IMG/VR virus record: IMGVR_UViG_3300043433_000105 | Location: 1 to 64,000 of that record | DNA: 64,000 nucleotides | Origin: a virus | Taxonomy: Duplodnaviria > Heunggongvirae > Uroviricota > Caudoviricetes | Direction: 5' to 3' (one strand) | In this document: positions 20,081 to 30,324 of the stretch, one piece after another | How the letters are laid out: the number at the start of each line of letters is the position of its first letter | Numbering within the stretch: the first letter of the stretch is position 1 | The notes under the pieces: model-generated | The model's input: only the letters and a program-made list of their open reading frames with translations | Database searches by the model: none | What the model was told of the DNA's origin: nothing | Program-made: the position numbers and the translations under genes

Positions 20081-21289
20081 TCAGTTTGTAATTGTCAGTT
20101 GGTTGTAAATGTGTGCAGAACCTGCATTAGAAAAATTCCATGGTTCATTCATACGTGAAAACGTGCGACCAGTAGTTGACTCACCTACAAGGTTCGTTGC
20201 AACACCGTAATATGCAGAATTTAATTCGTTGCCTGCGTTATCAGAAACTTGCACTGTCATTCTGTCAAATCTATCAAGACGCGCCATCTTTTCAAGCATG
20301 GAATGAGTGACATAAAGTATGCTATCCAACATGTCTTTGATTGTTTCATTAACACCTTTAATTTCTTGGGTAAGAAACTGCATAGAGATATCAGCAACTC
20401 CCAATTCAGCAGAGCGTAATTGCGTGTTGGTAAGGGCTGTTTGATTGTCCACCGAAACAGTCAATGGTGTTGCTCTAAGTTGAGTATCCGTAAGACCTTG
20501 TGCAGTTGGATTTGTAAGTGTGACTGCACCAGTGTTAACAGCAGTAACCTTCGCATTCAAGTTATCGATAGCAGTCTTTAATGCAGCCAGTGTTGTCTCT
20601 GTGGATGCGCCGTTAGGCAGTGGCTGAGATGCTAACGAAATAGGAACCGCACTCGCTCTAAGTTGAGTATCCGTAAGACCTTGTGCAGTTGGATTTGAAA
20701 CTGTTACTGTAGTGTTTTCGAGTGCGGAAAGAGTTGGTGCTGAGAGACTAACTTCACCTGCAATACTTGAAGTATTAACAGCAGTGACCTTCGCATTTAA
20801 AGCATCAACAGTGGCTTTCAAACCATCAATAACACCTTTCAAAGCAGCAAGTGTTGCCTCAGTTGAAGCGCCTGTTGGTAGTGGCTGTGATCCGATAGAA
20901 ACAGGCACAGCACTTGCGCGAAGCTGTGTATCAGTCAACCCATTAGGGGCTGGATTTGATACGGTAACAGTTAATGGCGAAGCGCGAAGTTCTGTATTAG
21001 TAAGGCCTGTTGCTGTAAGGTTTGATACAGTAACATTCAAAGGGGATGCACGAAGCTGAGTATCGGTCAATCCCGCATTAGTAGGATTCTCTACAGTGAC
21101 TTGAATGTTTTCAAGCGCAGCCAAACTCGCAGCATCCAGTTTGACCGGCATTGGGTTAAAGTTACTGACGGTACCACCATCATCACCATCACCACCCAGA
21201 GTCAATTTGACTTTTTGTAGATGTGCGCCGTTAACTTCGTCTGTCGCAACAGCCGTTGTTGTGTTGGGTAATTGGATATTATCTGACAT
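20081..21289 (-). CDS. tail-fibre protein with internal tandem peptide repeats
   Basis: Repeats of NPTxxGLTDTQLRAS(P/A)(L/V)xVSxxxQPLPxGASTExTLAALK; mirrored by nucleotide repeats about 20400-21100. Confidence 0.55.
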   Translation of the reverse strand: MSDNIQLPNTTTAVATDEVNGAHLQKVKLTLGGDGDDGGTVSNFNPMPVKLDAASLAALENIQVTVENPTNAGLTDTQLRASPLNVTVSNLTATGLTNTELRASPLTVTVSNPAPNGLTDTQLRASAVPVSIGSQPLPTGASTEATLAALKGVIDGLKATVDALNAKVTAVNTSSIAGEVSLSAPTLSALENTTVTVSNPTAQGLTDTQLRASAVPISLASQPLPNGASTETTLAALKTAIDNLNAKVTAVNTGAVTLTNPTAQGLTDTQLRATPLTVSVDNQTALTNTQLRSAELGVADISMQFLTQEIKGVNETIKDMLDSILYVTHSMLEKMARLDRFDRMTVQVSDNAGNELNSAYYGVATNLVGESTTGRTFSRMNEPWNFSNAGSAHIYNQLTITN

Positions 21290-21292
21290 TTT

Positions 21293-22054
21293 TTATTGAT
21301 AAGGATAAGTTGCTCGGTCTGTCCAAGAGTAAGAAAAAGATGCATCACCTGTTGCCCAAGTCTCCACCAAATCACCATCCACTGATAAAACTAATCGATG
21401 CAAACGCCAGACAGGATCATCTTCACGTGAACCAACTTGCGCCTCGCCCTTGTATATCAAATTCTCTGAAACAAAATCAACTCGTTTTGCGTATGGCATA
21501 TCTTCTTCTGATGTATTTATTGGTTTGTAAACGAATTTATTTAAGGTTTCATCCCACACTAGCGTATCACCAGTTTTAGGAGTCACCCGTTCAACGTCAT
21601 CCATGCGCGTGATTTGAACTTCGCCCGAACCACCTCCACCAAATGAAGTTGTGCTACTTCCAGTCTGTCGAATCACTTCCACACTCTGTTTCAAAGAAGC
21701 AAAGTCTTTTTGAAGTTGCTTTATAACGCGCATTACAGCGTTTTCTTCGGGTTGTGGTACTTCGCTATCAACTGCGTCAGAAATCGCTTCCTGCGCGGTT
21801 CTCGTGGCTTCCTCGACCTTTGTTTCAAGTGTCTTGACTAGCTCTACGACCTTTTCATGCTTTTCAACAACTTCTTTGTTAGCAACTTCCTTTGCAGTCT
21901 TTACTGTTTTGAATAATTCAGAAAGTAATGGTGCCACTTCCTTCTCTTTACGAGCGGCTTCAGCGGCAATTCGAGCGGCTTTTTCTTCAGCCGCTTTTTT
22001 CATTAGTTCTGCAAAGGAATTTAGATTACTCATCTTCAAATTTAAAGTCGTCAA
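21293..22054 (-). CDS. coiled-coil protein (fibritin/fibre-assembly-like)
   Basis: Long Ala/Glu/Lys coiled-coil N-terminus with a globular C-terminus. Confidence 0.45.
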   Translation of the reverse strand: MTTLNLKMSNLNSFAELMKKAAEEKAARIAAEAARKEKEVAPLLSELFKTVKTAKEVANKEVVEKHEKVVELVKTLETKVEEATRTAQEAISDAVDSEVPQPEENAVMRVIKQLQKDFASLKQSVEVIRQTGSSTTSFGGGGSGEVQITRMDDVERVTPKTGDTLVWDETLNKFVYKPINTSEEDMPYAKRVDFVSENLIYKGEAQVGSREDDPVWRLHRLVLSVDGDLVETWATGDASFSYSWTDRATYPYQ

Positions 22055-23441
22055 ACGACGCTGTTGTTGGTTTAATAGTGTGTGACATATCTACGGGTGC
22101 AGAGTCTGGCTTTTTACTATTTAACTTGTCACGCTTTTTTGGCGCAAACTTTTCAACATTCTCATCAAGGTCAAACATCTGCATTTTGCTGTACATCGTG
22201 CCCATGATGTGTTTCACATAACTGCTAATACCATCGTAGCGATTCTTAATCTGAACAAACATAATTTGGTTCAATTCACGCAGTTCACCAGTGTTAATCA
22301 CACCAAGCAAAAAGTCAGCAATCATGCTTGTGGATGCAGAGTCAGAAACTGCAGTCATATCCAGTTCACTCGATTCGACCCCAGATCGGTTTGTCTGTGT
22401 AGCAGTAAGAATAGCAGCATTTGCATCCTTTGCAAGCGCACGAAGTTCTTTACCGACAGACCCCACCACTGTGTAAGAATTGTGGTTGCTACCAGCTTTG
22501 TAAAACTCAGACGCACAGATGTTCATGTAATCAATGATGATCAAATCTGGCGTGAAATTCTGTTTGGTTTTCAACTCAGAAAGCAACTGACGGAAGTTAG
22601 CAGCACTAGCCATACCAGTACCATATTCTTTAATCACAAGTTTGCCGTTTGACGAGGTTTTTAGCTTCGCCATTTTCTTGAGATAAATGTCCTTTGGAAT
22701 TTCCTCAAGCATGTCAAAGTCAACATCCAACAGGTTAACGTCAAAGCGTTTACCAATTTCCATCTCAGCCATTTCCATGGTGATGTATAGAACGTTTTGA
22801 CCTTGCTTCAATGCACCTGCACCAACGTTAACCATGGCGAAAGATTTACCGCCGTGAGGTGGCGCAAGCAACACATTAAGGGTCTTACGAGGGAACCCAC
22901 CACGTGTGATTTTATCGATGTACGGGATGCCTGTCGGTATACGCGCAACTTCATCATGATAATACTCATAGCGCTCTTCAAAATCATCACCATAGCTATG
23001 CCCCACTGTAGTATCAAAGCAGACAGCCAAGGCTTGTGTAAGCAGCGTAGGGATCATTTCTGGTGTGCGCGTCTCTTTGGTGTTTGAACCATCCATGATC
23101 AACACACTGTCACGCAATGCATTGTAGAGCGCACGTTCTTTGCAATACTCTTCAGTCATATCAACTAAGTATTGCAGACTCTCCGTAAATTCTTCTTTGT
23201 GGTTTACGAACTCCACCATAGCATCATACGTATCAGCAGATGCTTTGAGTTTTTCGATTTCCAGCAACATGCTTTGTTTTGCTGGAGGTTTGTTGTATTT
23301 GGAAAAGAAGCGATGATAAATTTTCAGAAAAATCTTGGCTTCATTGGTTGACATGTATTCTTCCCGCAAATGTGGAAGTACCTTACGTGCGTATTCTTCG
23401 TTAGATAGGAGTTGGGAAAAAATCAAATTTTCAACTGACAT
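22026..23441 (-). CDS. 41: replicative DNA helicase gp41 (DnaB family)
   Basis: Walker A PPHGGKSF; ITMEM; DnaB-like RecA fold. Confidence 0.9.
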   Translation of the reverse strand: MSVENLIFSQLLSNEEYARKVLPHLREEYMSTNEAKIFLKIYHRFFSKYNKPPAKQSMLLEIEKLKASADTYDAMVEFVNHKEEFTESLQYLVDMTEEYCKERALYNALRDSVLIMDGSNTKETRTPEMIPTLLTQALAVCFDTTVGHSYGDDFEERYEYYHDEVARIPTGIPYIDKITRGGFPRKTLNVLLAPPHGGKSFAMVNVGAGALKQGQNVLYITMEMAEMEIGKRFDVNLLDVDFDMLEEIPKDIYLKKMAKLKTSSNGKLVIKEYGTGMASAANFRQLLSELKTKQNFTPDLIIIDYMNICASEFYKAGSNHNSYTVVGSVGKELRALAKDANAAILTATQTNRSGVESSELDMTAVSDSASTSMIADFLLGVINTGELRELNQIMFVQIKNRYDGISSYVKHIMGTMYSKMQMFDLDENVEKFAPKKRDKLNSKKPDSAPVDMSHTIKPTTASFDDFKFEDE

Positions 23442-23460
23442 TCATTATCTTTCTTATGCA

Positions 23461-23500
23461 TAAAACTACAAGGGGCTTAGTGTTTATTCTAAGCCCCTTT
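23461..23500. terminator. hairpin terminator between uvsX and gene 41
   Basis: AAGGGGCTTAG-tgtttatt-CTAAGCCCCTT followed by a T-rich tract. Confidence 0.4.
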
Positions 23501-23520
23501 CCTATTTTGTAAAGCGCAGG

Positions 23521-24612
23521 TTAGTCGTTGGCTTCGTCAAACAAAGGTTCTTCTTCACCCGTCTCTTCACTAGCAATCAACTGACCAGCAGACACTTGGA
23601 ATGTGTCACGAACCCACTGTTTGAAGCTCTCGCGTTTGAGAACAACCCCAAGGAATTCCTCTTTGGCAGTAGCCGATTCACGCACTGCACTACCAAGCAT
23701 CTCACCAGTGGTTTTATCGACCAACTGGTACCATCCGTTCTTAGGTTTGATTACTTCACCAGCCTCCAAAGCAAGATCAAGAATACCAGTGTACCTAGAG
23801 ATACCACCTTCGAATGTGACCAACACTTTCAGCTTAGATTTTTCCTTCACGTGGCGACTCTTCTCAATGTTAATCGTGAAGGTATAACCAAGCAAATCAG
23901 TACCATCTTTCTCTTGAGACTTACCCAAAATCCACACAGCATCCGAAGACAACATGCCGCCTTGACCACCAGACATGATAGTCTTGCCGTACATCTTTTG
24001 CTCTTCGTAGGTGTGCTGAATTGCAACCATAGGAATGTCCAACAGAGTCATGAATGGAGTAACCATGCGCCACAAACCCTTCAACGCTTTCGCACGTGAC
24101 ATATCTGTTGCGCTATTTTCATTTTGTGCATTCTCAACTTCACGAATAGAAGCCAAGTTACCAATAGAGTCAATCAAGATAAACACATGATCACCACGCT
24201 TGATACCATCAGCATTCTTACGATTCAACTTATCCATCAAGTCGAATTGCAGTTCTTCAATGTTGGTGATTGGGATATGCACAACACGGTCTGGATCGAT
24301 ACCAGCAGACTCAAAATACTTAGCCGGTGAACCGAATTCCGAATCATAGAACAGGATCACTGCGTCATCATATTTTTTCATATAAGCCGACGCCATAATC
24401 AAAGCATAGTTGCTTTTGAAATGTCGGCTTGGGCCTGCAATGGAGAGTAGGCCTGGGCGCAAACCACCATCGATATCACCAGCCAATGCAATGTTGATCA
24501 AGGGAATATCGGTAACAATCGTATCCTTCTTTGTGAAGAAAGTAGATTCACTTAGAACCGCTACTTCCTTAATCTTTGTTGTCTTAATTAACTTACCCAT
24601 CAATTTATTCAT
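23521..24612 (-). CDS. uvsX: UvsX recombinase (RecA-like)
   Basis: Near co-linear with T4 UvsX (INIALAGDIDGGLRPGLLSIAGPSRHFKSN, LFYDSEFG, FILIDSIGNLAS). Confidence 0.9.
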   Translation of the reverse strand: MNKLMGKLIKTTKIKEVAVLSESTFFTKKDTIVTDIPLINIALAGDIDGGLRPGLLSIAGPSRHFKSNYALIMASAYMKKYDDAVILFYDSEFGSPAKYFESAGIDPDRVVHIPITNIEELQFDLMDKLNRKNADGIKRGDHVFILIDSIGNLASIREVENAQNENSATDMSRAKALKGLWRMVTPFMTLLDIPMVAIQHTYEEQKMYGKTIMSGGQGGMLSSDAVWILGKSQEKDGTDLLGYTFTINIEKSRHVKEKSKLKVLVTFEGGISRYTGILDLALEAGEVIKPKNGWYQLVDKTTGEMLGSAVRESATAKEEFLGVVLKRESFKQWVRDTFQVSAGQLIASEETGEEEPLFDEAND

Positions 24613-24624
24613 ACTTACTTCCTT

Positions 24625-25683
24625 CTAAAAAAACTCGTCTAACGTTACTGCCTCTTCAAGTTCCCAACCAACAGCTTTAAAAATGTTGTTCAATGGATTC
24701 TTAAATGTCTTCTCATATTGCGTAGCACGATCCACATATTTGTGCAGTTTAAACTCCACTGGTAGATCATCAACAAACGCAATTACTTTCTCTCTAATTG
24801 GATTAGGTTCATCAATATAGATGTACTTAATTTTGTCACCTTCACCAATCGCATCGTACTTTTCATAACCATCTTTGACATCTGCCAGTAGTTTGTTGTA
24901 CATGAGAGATGCCTTAGCAGCGATTGGGGTACCTTTGATATAAACCCTGTTTGGATCACGCCACTTTGCCAGATTGTTTGCGCCGCCTGGGAAAGCAATA
25001 TCTGTAATGTTGCAGGTATTAAACTCTTTGCGCACATCCACTGCAAAATCACGTGTCTCTTGCAACTTACCGTCAATAATCAGCTTAACCGCTTCTTTCA
25101 ATCTGTCACGCACTAACTGCGGTGTACTGGATCGAACCACCTCAATACCCATGATTTTGTAATCACCATCTGGGTATCGCACACCTTCATTGTCATAGAC
25201 TTTGATTGCATACTTTTTCTTGGCACACCAGAAACCAGATGAAGAAATTGCTTCACGTTTAAAGTGAATAGTCTTATCAAAATGGTTTTGCACACGCGCG
25301 ATTTCATCAGTGGCTTCATTGATAAATGGTCGCAGTTTTGTTTCCATTAATTTATCAAGCGCATCCACAATCTTCAAGTCTGGTTGATCTTTCCAATACT
25401 TATCAACCACTGGCTTCATATTCAAATAGCAGCTATCCGTATCACTATAGAATGTGTATGTTAGATTGTCAGTTTTGAAGAATTCGTTAAACCGCTTGTC
25501 GCAGTGAGTACCGACCTTCATAATGATGTACTGACCAGAAAGCGTAATAGCCTTACCTAGTCGAGGATCGTAGAACATAAACCCTTGCTGCAAGAAAACG
25601 CCATAGAGACTGTTTGCTGCAAAAAATGTTAAAGTGAAATCGTCAGGTTCACTCCACTTTGAATTAGTGCTGCATGTCCCCAT
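24625..25683 (-). CDS. 43: DNA polymerase, C-terminal fragment (43B-like; motifs B-partial and C)
   Basis: AANSLYG (Kx3NSxYG motif B remnant) and YSDTDSCYL (motif C YGDTDS); starts with its own ATG. Confidence 0.85.
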   Translation of the reverse strand: MGTCSTNSKWSEPDDFTLTFFAANSLYGVFLQQGFMFYDPRLGKAITLSGQYIIMKVGTHCDKRFNEFFKTDNLTYTFYSDTDSCYLNMKPVVDKYWKDQPDLKIVDALDKLMETKLRPFINEATDEIARVQNHFDKTIHFKREAISSSGFWCAKKKYAIKVYDNEGVRYPDGDYKIMGIEVVRSSTPQLVRDRLKEAVKLIIDGKLQETRDFAVDVRKEFNTCNITDIAFPGGANNLAKWRDPNRVYIKGTPIAAKASLMYNKLLADVKDGYEKYDAIGEGDKIKYIYIDEPNPIREKVIAFVDDLPVEFKLHKYVDRATQYEKTFKNPLNNIFKAVGWELEEAVTLDEFF

Positions 25684-27190
25684 GCAGATCAGACTATATC
25701 ATCACCCATTTCTGGGGTTGTGCGCTTCCACTCACTTGAGTGTACTTCCTCTCGGAATAGTCGTTACACCTTCCTACAATAGTAGGCTTGGCTCGGGATT
25801 TTCTGGTCTAGATGTTCCCCGAATTCACACAATTTTCGACAGCAATTACTTGCTGAAGGTGCCAGCTTTTAACACTTTTAACGCATTTTGAAGAATATTC
25901 TTCATTTCAGATTCACGTTTAGCTGCTTTATATGCAGCGCGTAACTCGTCGTCTGTCATTTCAGATAGACTTTTCATTTTTAATAAATACTCCTGTAATA
26001 AACCACCATAAAGAGAATTAACACTGCAAACTGAAGAAATAATCCACTACGCTAACAAACATATAACAGATTTAGACTACTTTATATGGTATCTACTTTA
26101 CTGTTATGCGTTTGAAGAAACAAAAGGAACTGCAACAGAATCCCATCATATCTTACCTAAAAATAAATTTCCTGAATTTATAAAAATAAAGGACGCACCT
26201 TGGAATAGAGCAAATCTTTCTCAATTCAATCATTATATAGCTCATTATATCCTTGCTAAAGCTATGAGTCAACCATCAACAATAGCCGCATTTAATTTAA
26301 TGGGTAGATGTGCTAAAACAGAGTCTGAATTAATAATAAAAGCTAATTTATATTCTGAATTTAGAAATCAGATCGCAATAAACAATTCACTAAGAAACAA
26401 AGGTCGAAAACTGACTGCATCTCAGCTAGAAAAAATGTCAACTCATATGAAAAATAAAGTCATAGTCCACTATCCCGATTCTGATACGAATTTTCAAATT
26501 GACCGCGACGACCTTCGTTATCTAAACGGTGACGTGATTTTATGCCAAGTTGGTAGAATCCATACTGATAAAACAAAACAAAAGATGTCAGATAACGGTA
26601 TTAAAGATTGTATACAAATTTATAACATATCTAAGCCGGATAAAACTCGTTTCATCCCAAATACTGAAGATATACCACAAGGGTTTGATATCGGCAACCC
26701 ATCACACTCTAGTATTGCAGTAGAAAGATTCACTGGCGCACATCATTTTTACAACCCAACAACGAAAGAAAGTAAACGATTTAAAGTAACCGAAAATATT
26801 CCAGATGGGTTTATTCAAACAAGAGATGGATACGACAACCCATGGAAGGGAGTAGTAATCTACAAAAATTGGGTAACAAACCAAACAGAAACACATCCTA
26901 AATTAGATGAACTGCCGTTTGGTGTATCTGAAAATACATGTAAACATGCATTTATTTTTGAAGGTAAAATTACTTTTAGCCTTCAACGATTATTACGAGT
27001 TCACCCAGATAAATTTAACAATTCAGTAATTCAAAAGTTAATTCGTCTTGACGCTCCTAAGAAAATTTTTAGCTATAAAGTTTCACCATGTATTAGAAAT
27101 TATATACAAACCTTTGAATTTTACAATGACATACCTTTAGTGATACTGCCAATTTATGAAGTAGTTGATAAAATTACTCCAGAAAATTGG
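25684..27190. mobile_element. insertion splitting gene 43 (carries an HNH-type ORF on the opposite strand)
   Basis: 1.5 kb between the end of the pol N-terminal ORF and the start of the pol C-terminal ORF. Confidence 0.55.
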
Positions 27191-27196
27191 CTATAA
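26021..27196 (+). CDS. HNH-family homing endonuclease-like protein
   Basis: First ATG is at 26264, but the frame is open back to the stop at 26018 and encodes ESHHILPKNKF...WNRANLSQFNHYIAHYIL (H-N-H motif) upstream of that ATG. Confidence 0.55.
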   Translation, partial: TLQTEEIIHYANKHITDLDYFIWYLLYCYAFEETKGTATESHHILPKNKFPEFIKIKDAPWNRANLSQFNHYIAHYILAKAMSQPSTIAAFNLMGRCAKTESELIIKANLYSEFRNQIAINNSLRNKGRKLTASQLEKMSTHMKNKVIVHYPDSDTNFQIDRDDLRYLNGDVILCQVGRIHTDKTKQKMSDNGIKDCIQIYNISKPDKTRFIPNTEDIPQGFDIGNPSHSSIAVERFTGAHHFYNPTTKESKRFKVTENIPDGFIQTRDGYDNPWKGVVIYKNWVTNQTETHPKLDELPFGVSENTCKHAFIFEGKITFSLQRLLRVHPDKFNNSVIQKLIRLDAPKKIFSYKVSPCIRNYIQTFEFYNDIPLVILPIYEVVDKITPENWL

Positions 27197-28702
27197 CTCA
27201 ATGCCTCGGCGTTTTGCTTCTTCTTCAATATCCACAGACGTTTGCTTATAGCGCAACATTTCGTTCTTAGCAATTTTACGACCACCTAATGCAAAGTCAA
27301 CTACACGAGGAACGATTCCCTTCACATCCTTTCTAAACATGGCTCCGTTAGCAGCCAGTGTAAAGTCTTCGGTGATACCAAAATCTTTCAACGTCTTACC
27401 AAGTAGCATTTCATCTACAGTCACACCTTCTTTGACACCAACCAAAGTCTCTGGAGACAGGTTTAGAGCCTTCATGATGCTTGGGTATAGCGATGCAGCA
27501 TCAATGCTGATAAGCCACGCATAGAGGCCAGGAATTGGCTCAGAGACGTATGCACCTGGGATCGACTCATTACCATTGCTCTGACGTTCAATATTTACGA
27601 ATTTTTTCTCATTCAAGAGCATCGACTGGATACTACATTCCCAATACCGAACCGGCGAATAAACATCCTCAAAACAGCACTTCATCGTGTATGCCAGCAT
27701 CACACCCAAAGCAATTAAACCCTTGGCCTTATCCAACTGAGTCATGCGCTTTGTGTCAATTACGTTGTACTGTGCAAACGTTTCAATATGCTCTTCGGCT
27801 TCGCTAAACTGCTTAAACGTTGTGCATGGGTTTTCCAGCTTACCAACACCCAGATTGACTTTGGCTAAATGATCAAGACTGTATTTTTCTTCCTTTTGAA
27901 GAACAAACTTCCGGTACATTGCTTGAATGTCATAATGTGTGCGACCAACAATTGTGTATTCTTTGCGCACTTCCTCATCAATCTCATATTCACGTTCATC
28001 AATGATGCCAAATGGGGACAGGCGATTAGCCTCATCGTCACCCAATACGCGATTAATACGGTTAATCAAATATGGTACATCGAAGAATTCAGAATAGAAA
28101 CCATAGATAATATCAGGGTCTTCCTCTTGGATATAGCGGATGATTGCTTCAAGTAATTCAGCCTCGGTTTCAAACCGAACCATCTTACATCCCTCATGCT
28201 CCATAATCGTGATAGGTGCAGTGGTGTAGCTCACCATTTCACCAGTGGCATGATTCTCAAATGCAATGTGTGTAATTTCTTCCAATGCCAGATATGGGTC
28301 AGGTACACCTGGAGGGCCGTTAACACCAACACGAGTTTCAATATCAAAGCCTGTAGCCTTTAACTCAGACAACATAACCTGCATAGGTTCTTGGTAGTTC
28401 AAAGCAATGAATTCGTACTGCCACCGGTTAGGCTCGTATCCATACATCTTTATGGTGCCTTTATATTGCTTCACATACTCACGTGCTGCAGGTATAGTAT
28501 CGAACTTGCGAGGCTTCAGATTTTTACCGTAAATGCTTTTGTATTCACTCTCTTCTTTAGTCTCAAAGTAAATTGTCGGTGAGAATGGAATTTTCCCATG
28601 GACACGTACTTTCTTCCCATTTTTATGTTCGTAGCCGCGATAATAGATTTTTCCATATCGGGAACTCACATGGGTGTAAAACTGGTTAATATCTGGGTTC
28701 AT
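27191..28702 (-). CDS. 43: DNA polymerase, N-terminal fragment (43A-like; exonuclease domain and motif A)
   Basis: Exo I FDIETR; motif A DAASLYPSI; N-terminus MNPDINQFY...YYRGYEHKNGK parallels T4 gp43; start chosen at internal M19. Confidence 0.85.
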   Translation of the reverse strand: MNPDINQFYTHVSSRYGKIYYRGYEHKNGKKVRVHGKIPFSPTIYFETKEESEYKSIYGKNLKPRKFDTIPAAREYVKQYKGTIKMYGYEPNRWQYEFIALNYQEPMQVMLSELKATGFDIETRVGVNGPPGVPDPYLALEEITHIAFENHATGEMVSYTTAPITIMEHEGCKMVRFETEAELLEAIIRYIQEEDPDIIYGFYSEFFDVPYLINRINRVLGDDEANRLSPFGIIDEREYEIDEEVRKEYTIVGRTHYDIQAMYRKFVLQKEEKYSLDHLAKVNLGVGKLENPCTTFKQFSEAEEHIETFAQYNVIDTKRMTQLDKAKGLIALGVMLAYTMKCCFEDVYSPVRYWECSIQSMLLNEKKFVNIERQSNGNESIPGAYVSEPIPGLYAWLISIDAASLYPSIMKALNLSPETLVGVKEGVTVDEMLLGKTLKDFGITEDFTLAANGAMFRKDVKGIVPRVVDFALGGRKIAKNEMLRYKQTSVDIEEEAKRRGIEL

Positions 28703-28857
28703 TTTAAATTTACATAAATTTACACAAAATTTACAGAATAGAAGTTCTGTAAACAATAAATACTATTGTAGACCATTTATGTCTACTGTCAACAAAAATG
28801 TCCTTCGCGGTACTGCAAATACCCAAGGACTCTAACAGTTAAAAAGGAACTATCAGC

Positions 28858-29820
28858 ATGTCTATTTATTGCGTCTATCTTACCAGCTATCGTGGTAACA
28901 AACTCCCACCATTTTACATCGGATCAACTTCTGTTGATCGGATATTGAATGAAAATTATAATGGTAGTGTATCGTCTAAAATATATAAAAACATTTGGAT
29001 TAAAGAAAGATCATTAAACCCGCATCTTTTCAAAACTGTAATTTTAAAAACATTTGACACTAGAAATGAAGCAACAGAAAAAGAAAATAAACTGCAAAAA
29101 GCAGTTAATGCGCCAAACAATCCACTCTATATTAACAGAGCATTTGCATCAAAAATGGCATATGACGAGACTTATAATCCACTCAAGGGAATCGCATCCC
29201 CATTAAGGGGTAAAAAATACCCCAAGAGAACTGGGTCATCATTAGAAAATATTCGCGCAGGTGCTAAAAGGCGAAAAAAGATGTCACTTGAAACGAAAAA
29301 CAATGCGGATCGAAAACGTGCCGAAACAAGAAAACTGAATAATACACCTGGCTCAATGAAGGGTAAAACCCATAAGCCTGAGACTATTGCACGGTTTAAA
29401 AAAATCAGAAACGAATCCCCGCCATGGAATAAAGGTATGACAATGTTAGATGTAAATCCTGATTACATAAACCCAAATAAAGGGAATACGATATCAGACG
29501 AGCAGAGAAAAAAGATATCAGATGCAAAACATAACAATTGTCCTGAGTGGTCTGAGTCGCATAAAGAATCACATCGGTTAGCGGTTTCAGGTTCAAATTC
29601 TAATACTGCTGTAATTATTGAAATTTTCGATGACCAAGGTATTTTGCAACACACAACCCACGGAAATTTTATCAAATATTGTGATGATAATGGGCTACCG
29701 GAATCAGCATTAAGAGTTTCATATAAAAATGGCGGGTCACCGATTAAAATGAACCACCATTTAGATAAAGTTGTACCCTTTAGAGGATGGTATGCTATTA
29801 AGAAATATCCCCAAAAATAG
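28858..29820 (+). CDS. GIY-YIG homing endonuclease (Seg-like) with NUMOD3-type repeats
   Basis: IYCVY...YIGST GIY-YIG motif; repeated basic KGKxHKPETIARFKK / NKG motifs. Confidence 0.8.
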   Translation: MSIYCVYLTSYRGNKLPPFYIGSTSVDRILNENYNGSVSSKIYKNIWIKERSLNPHLFKTVILKTFDTRNEATEKENKLQKAVNAPNNPLYINRAFASKMAYDETYNPLKGIASPLRGKKYPKRTGSSLENIRAGAKRRKKMSLETKNNADRKRAETRKLNNTPGSMKGKTHKPETIARFKKIRNESPPWNKGMTMLDVNPDYINPNKGNTISDEQRKKISDAKHNNCPEWSESHKESHRLAVSGSNSNTAVIIEIFDDQGILQHTTHGNFIKYCDDNGLPESALRVSYKNGGSPIKMNHHLDKVVPFRGWYAIKKYPQK

Positions 29821-30082
29821 CATCATAAAGCTCAAATACAACCTCTTTATCACCTTCTACCTGATCTTTATTCTGACGATGGTAGATGGATGCACATGTT
29901 TTTAAAAACTTGATTGGCACTTCAGTCTTTTCAGCCAAATCAACCAATGCGTTCTTTTGGAAGTCTTTCTCGCCCTCTACACGAGTCATAGAAGCGCTGA
30001 TTTCAAAGAGAGCATCCTTGATAGTCTTCAATGTCTCAGGATCATTGGGCATGTTGATTTGGGAAGTTTGCACGATACTCAT
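29798..30082 (-). CDS. hypothetical protein
   Basis: 94-aa ORF. Confidence 0.35.
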   Translation of the reverse strand: MSIVQTSQINMPNDPETLKTIKDALFEISASMTRVEGEKDFQKNALVDLAEKTEVPIKFLKTCASIYHRQNKDQVEGDKEVVFELYDAIFGDIS

Positions 30083-30096
30083 AATTAATTTTTCCT

Positions 30097-30324
30097 TTAG
30101 TTTGCTGCTTCGAGAAGTCTAAGAGTGCTGGCAGCAGATTCAGCATCCTTATAAAATTTGATTTTGAAATTTTTCTCAACCAGATCAGTAATGATAAGCA
30201 TGATTGATGGTTTGTCAACACCGTTATCAAAGGTCGATCCTTTGACTAGAAACCGCTTACCAAACACTCTGGGTGGTGCGGAATCAAGCATAGGGTTAAT
30301 TGGGCCTAAATTATCGTCAATCAT
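30097..30324 (-). CDS. hypothetical protein
   Basis: 75-aa ORF. Confidence 0.3.
   Translation of the reverse strand: MIDDNLGPINPMLDSAPPRVFGKRFLVKGSTFDNGVDKPSIMLIITDLVEKNFKIKFYKDAESAASTLRLLEAAN

Noticed and set aside
25684-26263. Group I intron in gene 43
   Set aside because: The resident ORF is on the opposite strand to pol, and I could not identify P7 or other core elements by eye. Treated instead as a split-gene insertion, though the hypothesis is kept as a check.
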